Positions 35,713 through 36,725 of a stretch of DNA of 36,725 bases are shown here, piece after piece. Source of the DNA: Alphaproteobacteria bacterium (lineage in GTDB: Bacteria > Pseudomonadota > Alphaproteobacteria > CAAHEQ01 > UBA3637); the NCBI GenBank assembly GCA_045643025.1, contig JAZUJZ010000066.1:1-36725 (forward strand), in the 5' to 3' direction. The translations under genes and the position numbers were made by a program. The notes below the pieces were generated by a model, which worked only from the letters and a program-made list of their open reading frames with translations, ran no database searches and was not told the origin of the DNA. Within the stretch, counting starts at the first letter, position 1. Each line of letters opens with the position of its first letter.

Positions 35713-36725
35713 TTAAAAAGGACAACTTTTGAATTTAGGTAACATATCCCCTTGTTGTTTCAAGGTGTCCCGTGTTTTTTGTTGTGCTTCGGCGATCAAC
35801 TTATTACTGGATTGACGTTCATGCATCAGTTGATCTACCTCCATCGCATTGGTTTCCGTTAAATGTACCAATCCGTTGGTATCTTTTTCCAAAGCAGCCA
35901 ATACCAACTTTTGTTGGGCCACAGGGGACATCTGACTCATCGGGATAATACCGTTATCCATTTTGCCCAAGGCTTGCTGGGCCTCCGGTGACAAACGAGA
36001 TTGGCGCACTTTTTGGGCCGCATTACGCTTAGCCAACAACTCAGGGCGTTGCACATCCTGTTGTTCCAACTTAGCTACATAGGCATAGGCCTGTTTCATA
36101 TACTCGGATTTTTTTGTTTTCAGTAATTTACTCAATTGACCAAATTGTCCGGATGAAGCCAAATCAATTCCCGTGGTGTCCACACCGGCTGCCTTCACCT
36201 TATCCAAATAATCTTGTGTCATTTGTTGCTGGGTTTCATCAATGGAAGCCGCCCCTTTTTGAACAGAATCCAAAGCCAAACGCATATCATATTCTTTTTC
36301 CAAATCTCCCTTAACCATTATATTGGAAAAACTGGCCGGTGTATTCACATTCCCATTTTCAAAGAAAGTAGCAAATTCCCCACCTGATTGGGCCAAAATC
36401 TGCTGATTTTTCTTATCTTTCCATAAAGCCGGCATTTCGGGATAAACCTTATTTGTCTGACCATCTGCAAAGGCAATATTATAGACATCAGGTAACGCCT
36501 CCGGTGCTTTTGGTGGATTAGACTTAAAATCTAATTTTTTTACTTTTTTCAACTGGGCTAAATAGGCCTGATGTGCCTGTAAAACCTGACTATATTTTTT
36601 GGGATTATGACGCACCTCATCCTCTACAGCGGGACGTCCTTTCAAAGCAACACCGAATTGACGATTCATATTTTCATAAAACTGATCCCACTGCTGATCA
36701 TAAATCGTGACTTGATCTTTCCATA
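35713..36725 (-). CDS. Hypothetical Gln/Lys-rich, probably helical protein; first gene of the T4SS cluster seen here; 5' end probably outside the window
   Basis: The ORF track gives 318 aa from ATG 36669. My translation shows the frame stays open upstream to the window edge (...WKDQVTIYDQQWDQFYENMNRQFG...). No recognised domain. Its stop lies 9 nt before the VirB8-like paralogue. Confidence 0.55.
   Translation of the reverse strand, partial: WKDQVTIYDQQWDQFYENMNRQFGVALKGRPAVEDEVRHNPKKYSQVLQAHQAYLAQLKKVKKLDFKSNPPKAPEALPDVYNIAFADGQTNKVYPEMPALWKDKKNQQILAQSGGEFATFFENGNVNTPASFSNIMVKGDLEKEYDMRLALDSVQKGAASIDETQQQMTQDYLDKVKAAGVDTTGIDLASSGQFGQLSKLLKTKKSEYMKQAYAYVAKLEQQDVQRPELLAKRNAAQKVRQSRLSPEAQQALGKMDNGIIPMSQMSPVAQQKLVLAALEKDTNGLVHLTETNAMEVDQLMHERQSSNKLIAEAQQKTRDTLKQQGDMLPKFKSCPF

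Overview
AT-rich (by eye about 40% GC, not computed) bacterial chromosome segment. Gene content and synteny look alphaproteobacterial (rpoZ-spoT-acpS, a DUF4167 protein, rimP-nusA-ylxR-infB, an RpoH-like dnaK promoter). It most resembles a moderately reduced intracellular Rickettsiales- or Holosporales-like lineage, which is an inference. Positions 1-24047 are mostly housekeeping genes: kdsB (partial), a divergent PyrD-like gene, metG, rpoZ, spoT, acpS, rimP, nusA, ylxR, infB, ispH, typA, an ABC exporter, ampG, ftsB, a membrane PAS-GGDEF cyclase, dnaK and dnaJ. One orphan coiled-coil gene sits between ispH and typA. Positions 24037-36725 hold one tightly packed minus-strand operon for a P-type (VirB-like) type IV secretion system laid out like the Rickettsiales rvh system. 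Its order is unknown partial ORF, VirB8-like paralogue, VirB7-like lipoprotein, VirB8, VirB9, VirB10, VirB11, then a catalytically degenerate dUTPase-fold protein and a tandem SH3b protein where virD4 would be expected. The standout is a 2145-aa VirB10 whose normal N- and C-terminal modules are separated by about 1,560 residues made of roughly 90 degenerate 17-residue repeats. The adjacent VirB9 carries a C-terminal SPOR (peptidoglycan-binding) domain. I saw no rRNA, tRNA, CRISPR array or transposase. All calls come from motif recognition by eye on the supplied translations and my own translation of window-edge ORFs; no database search was possible.
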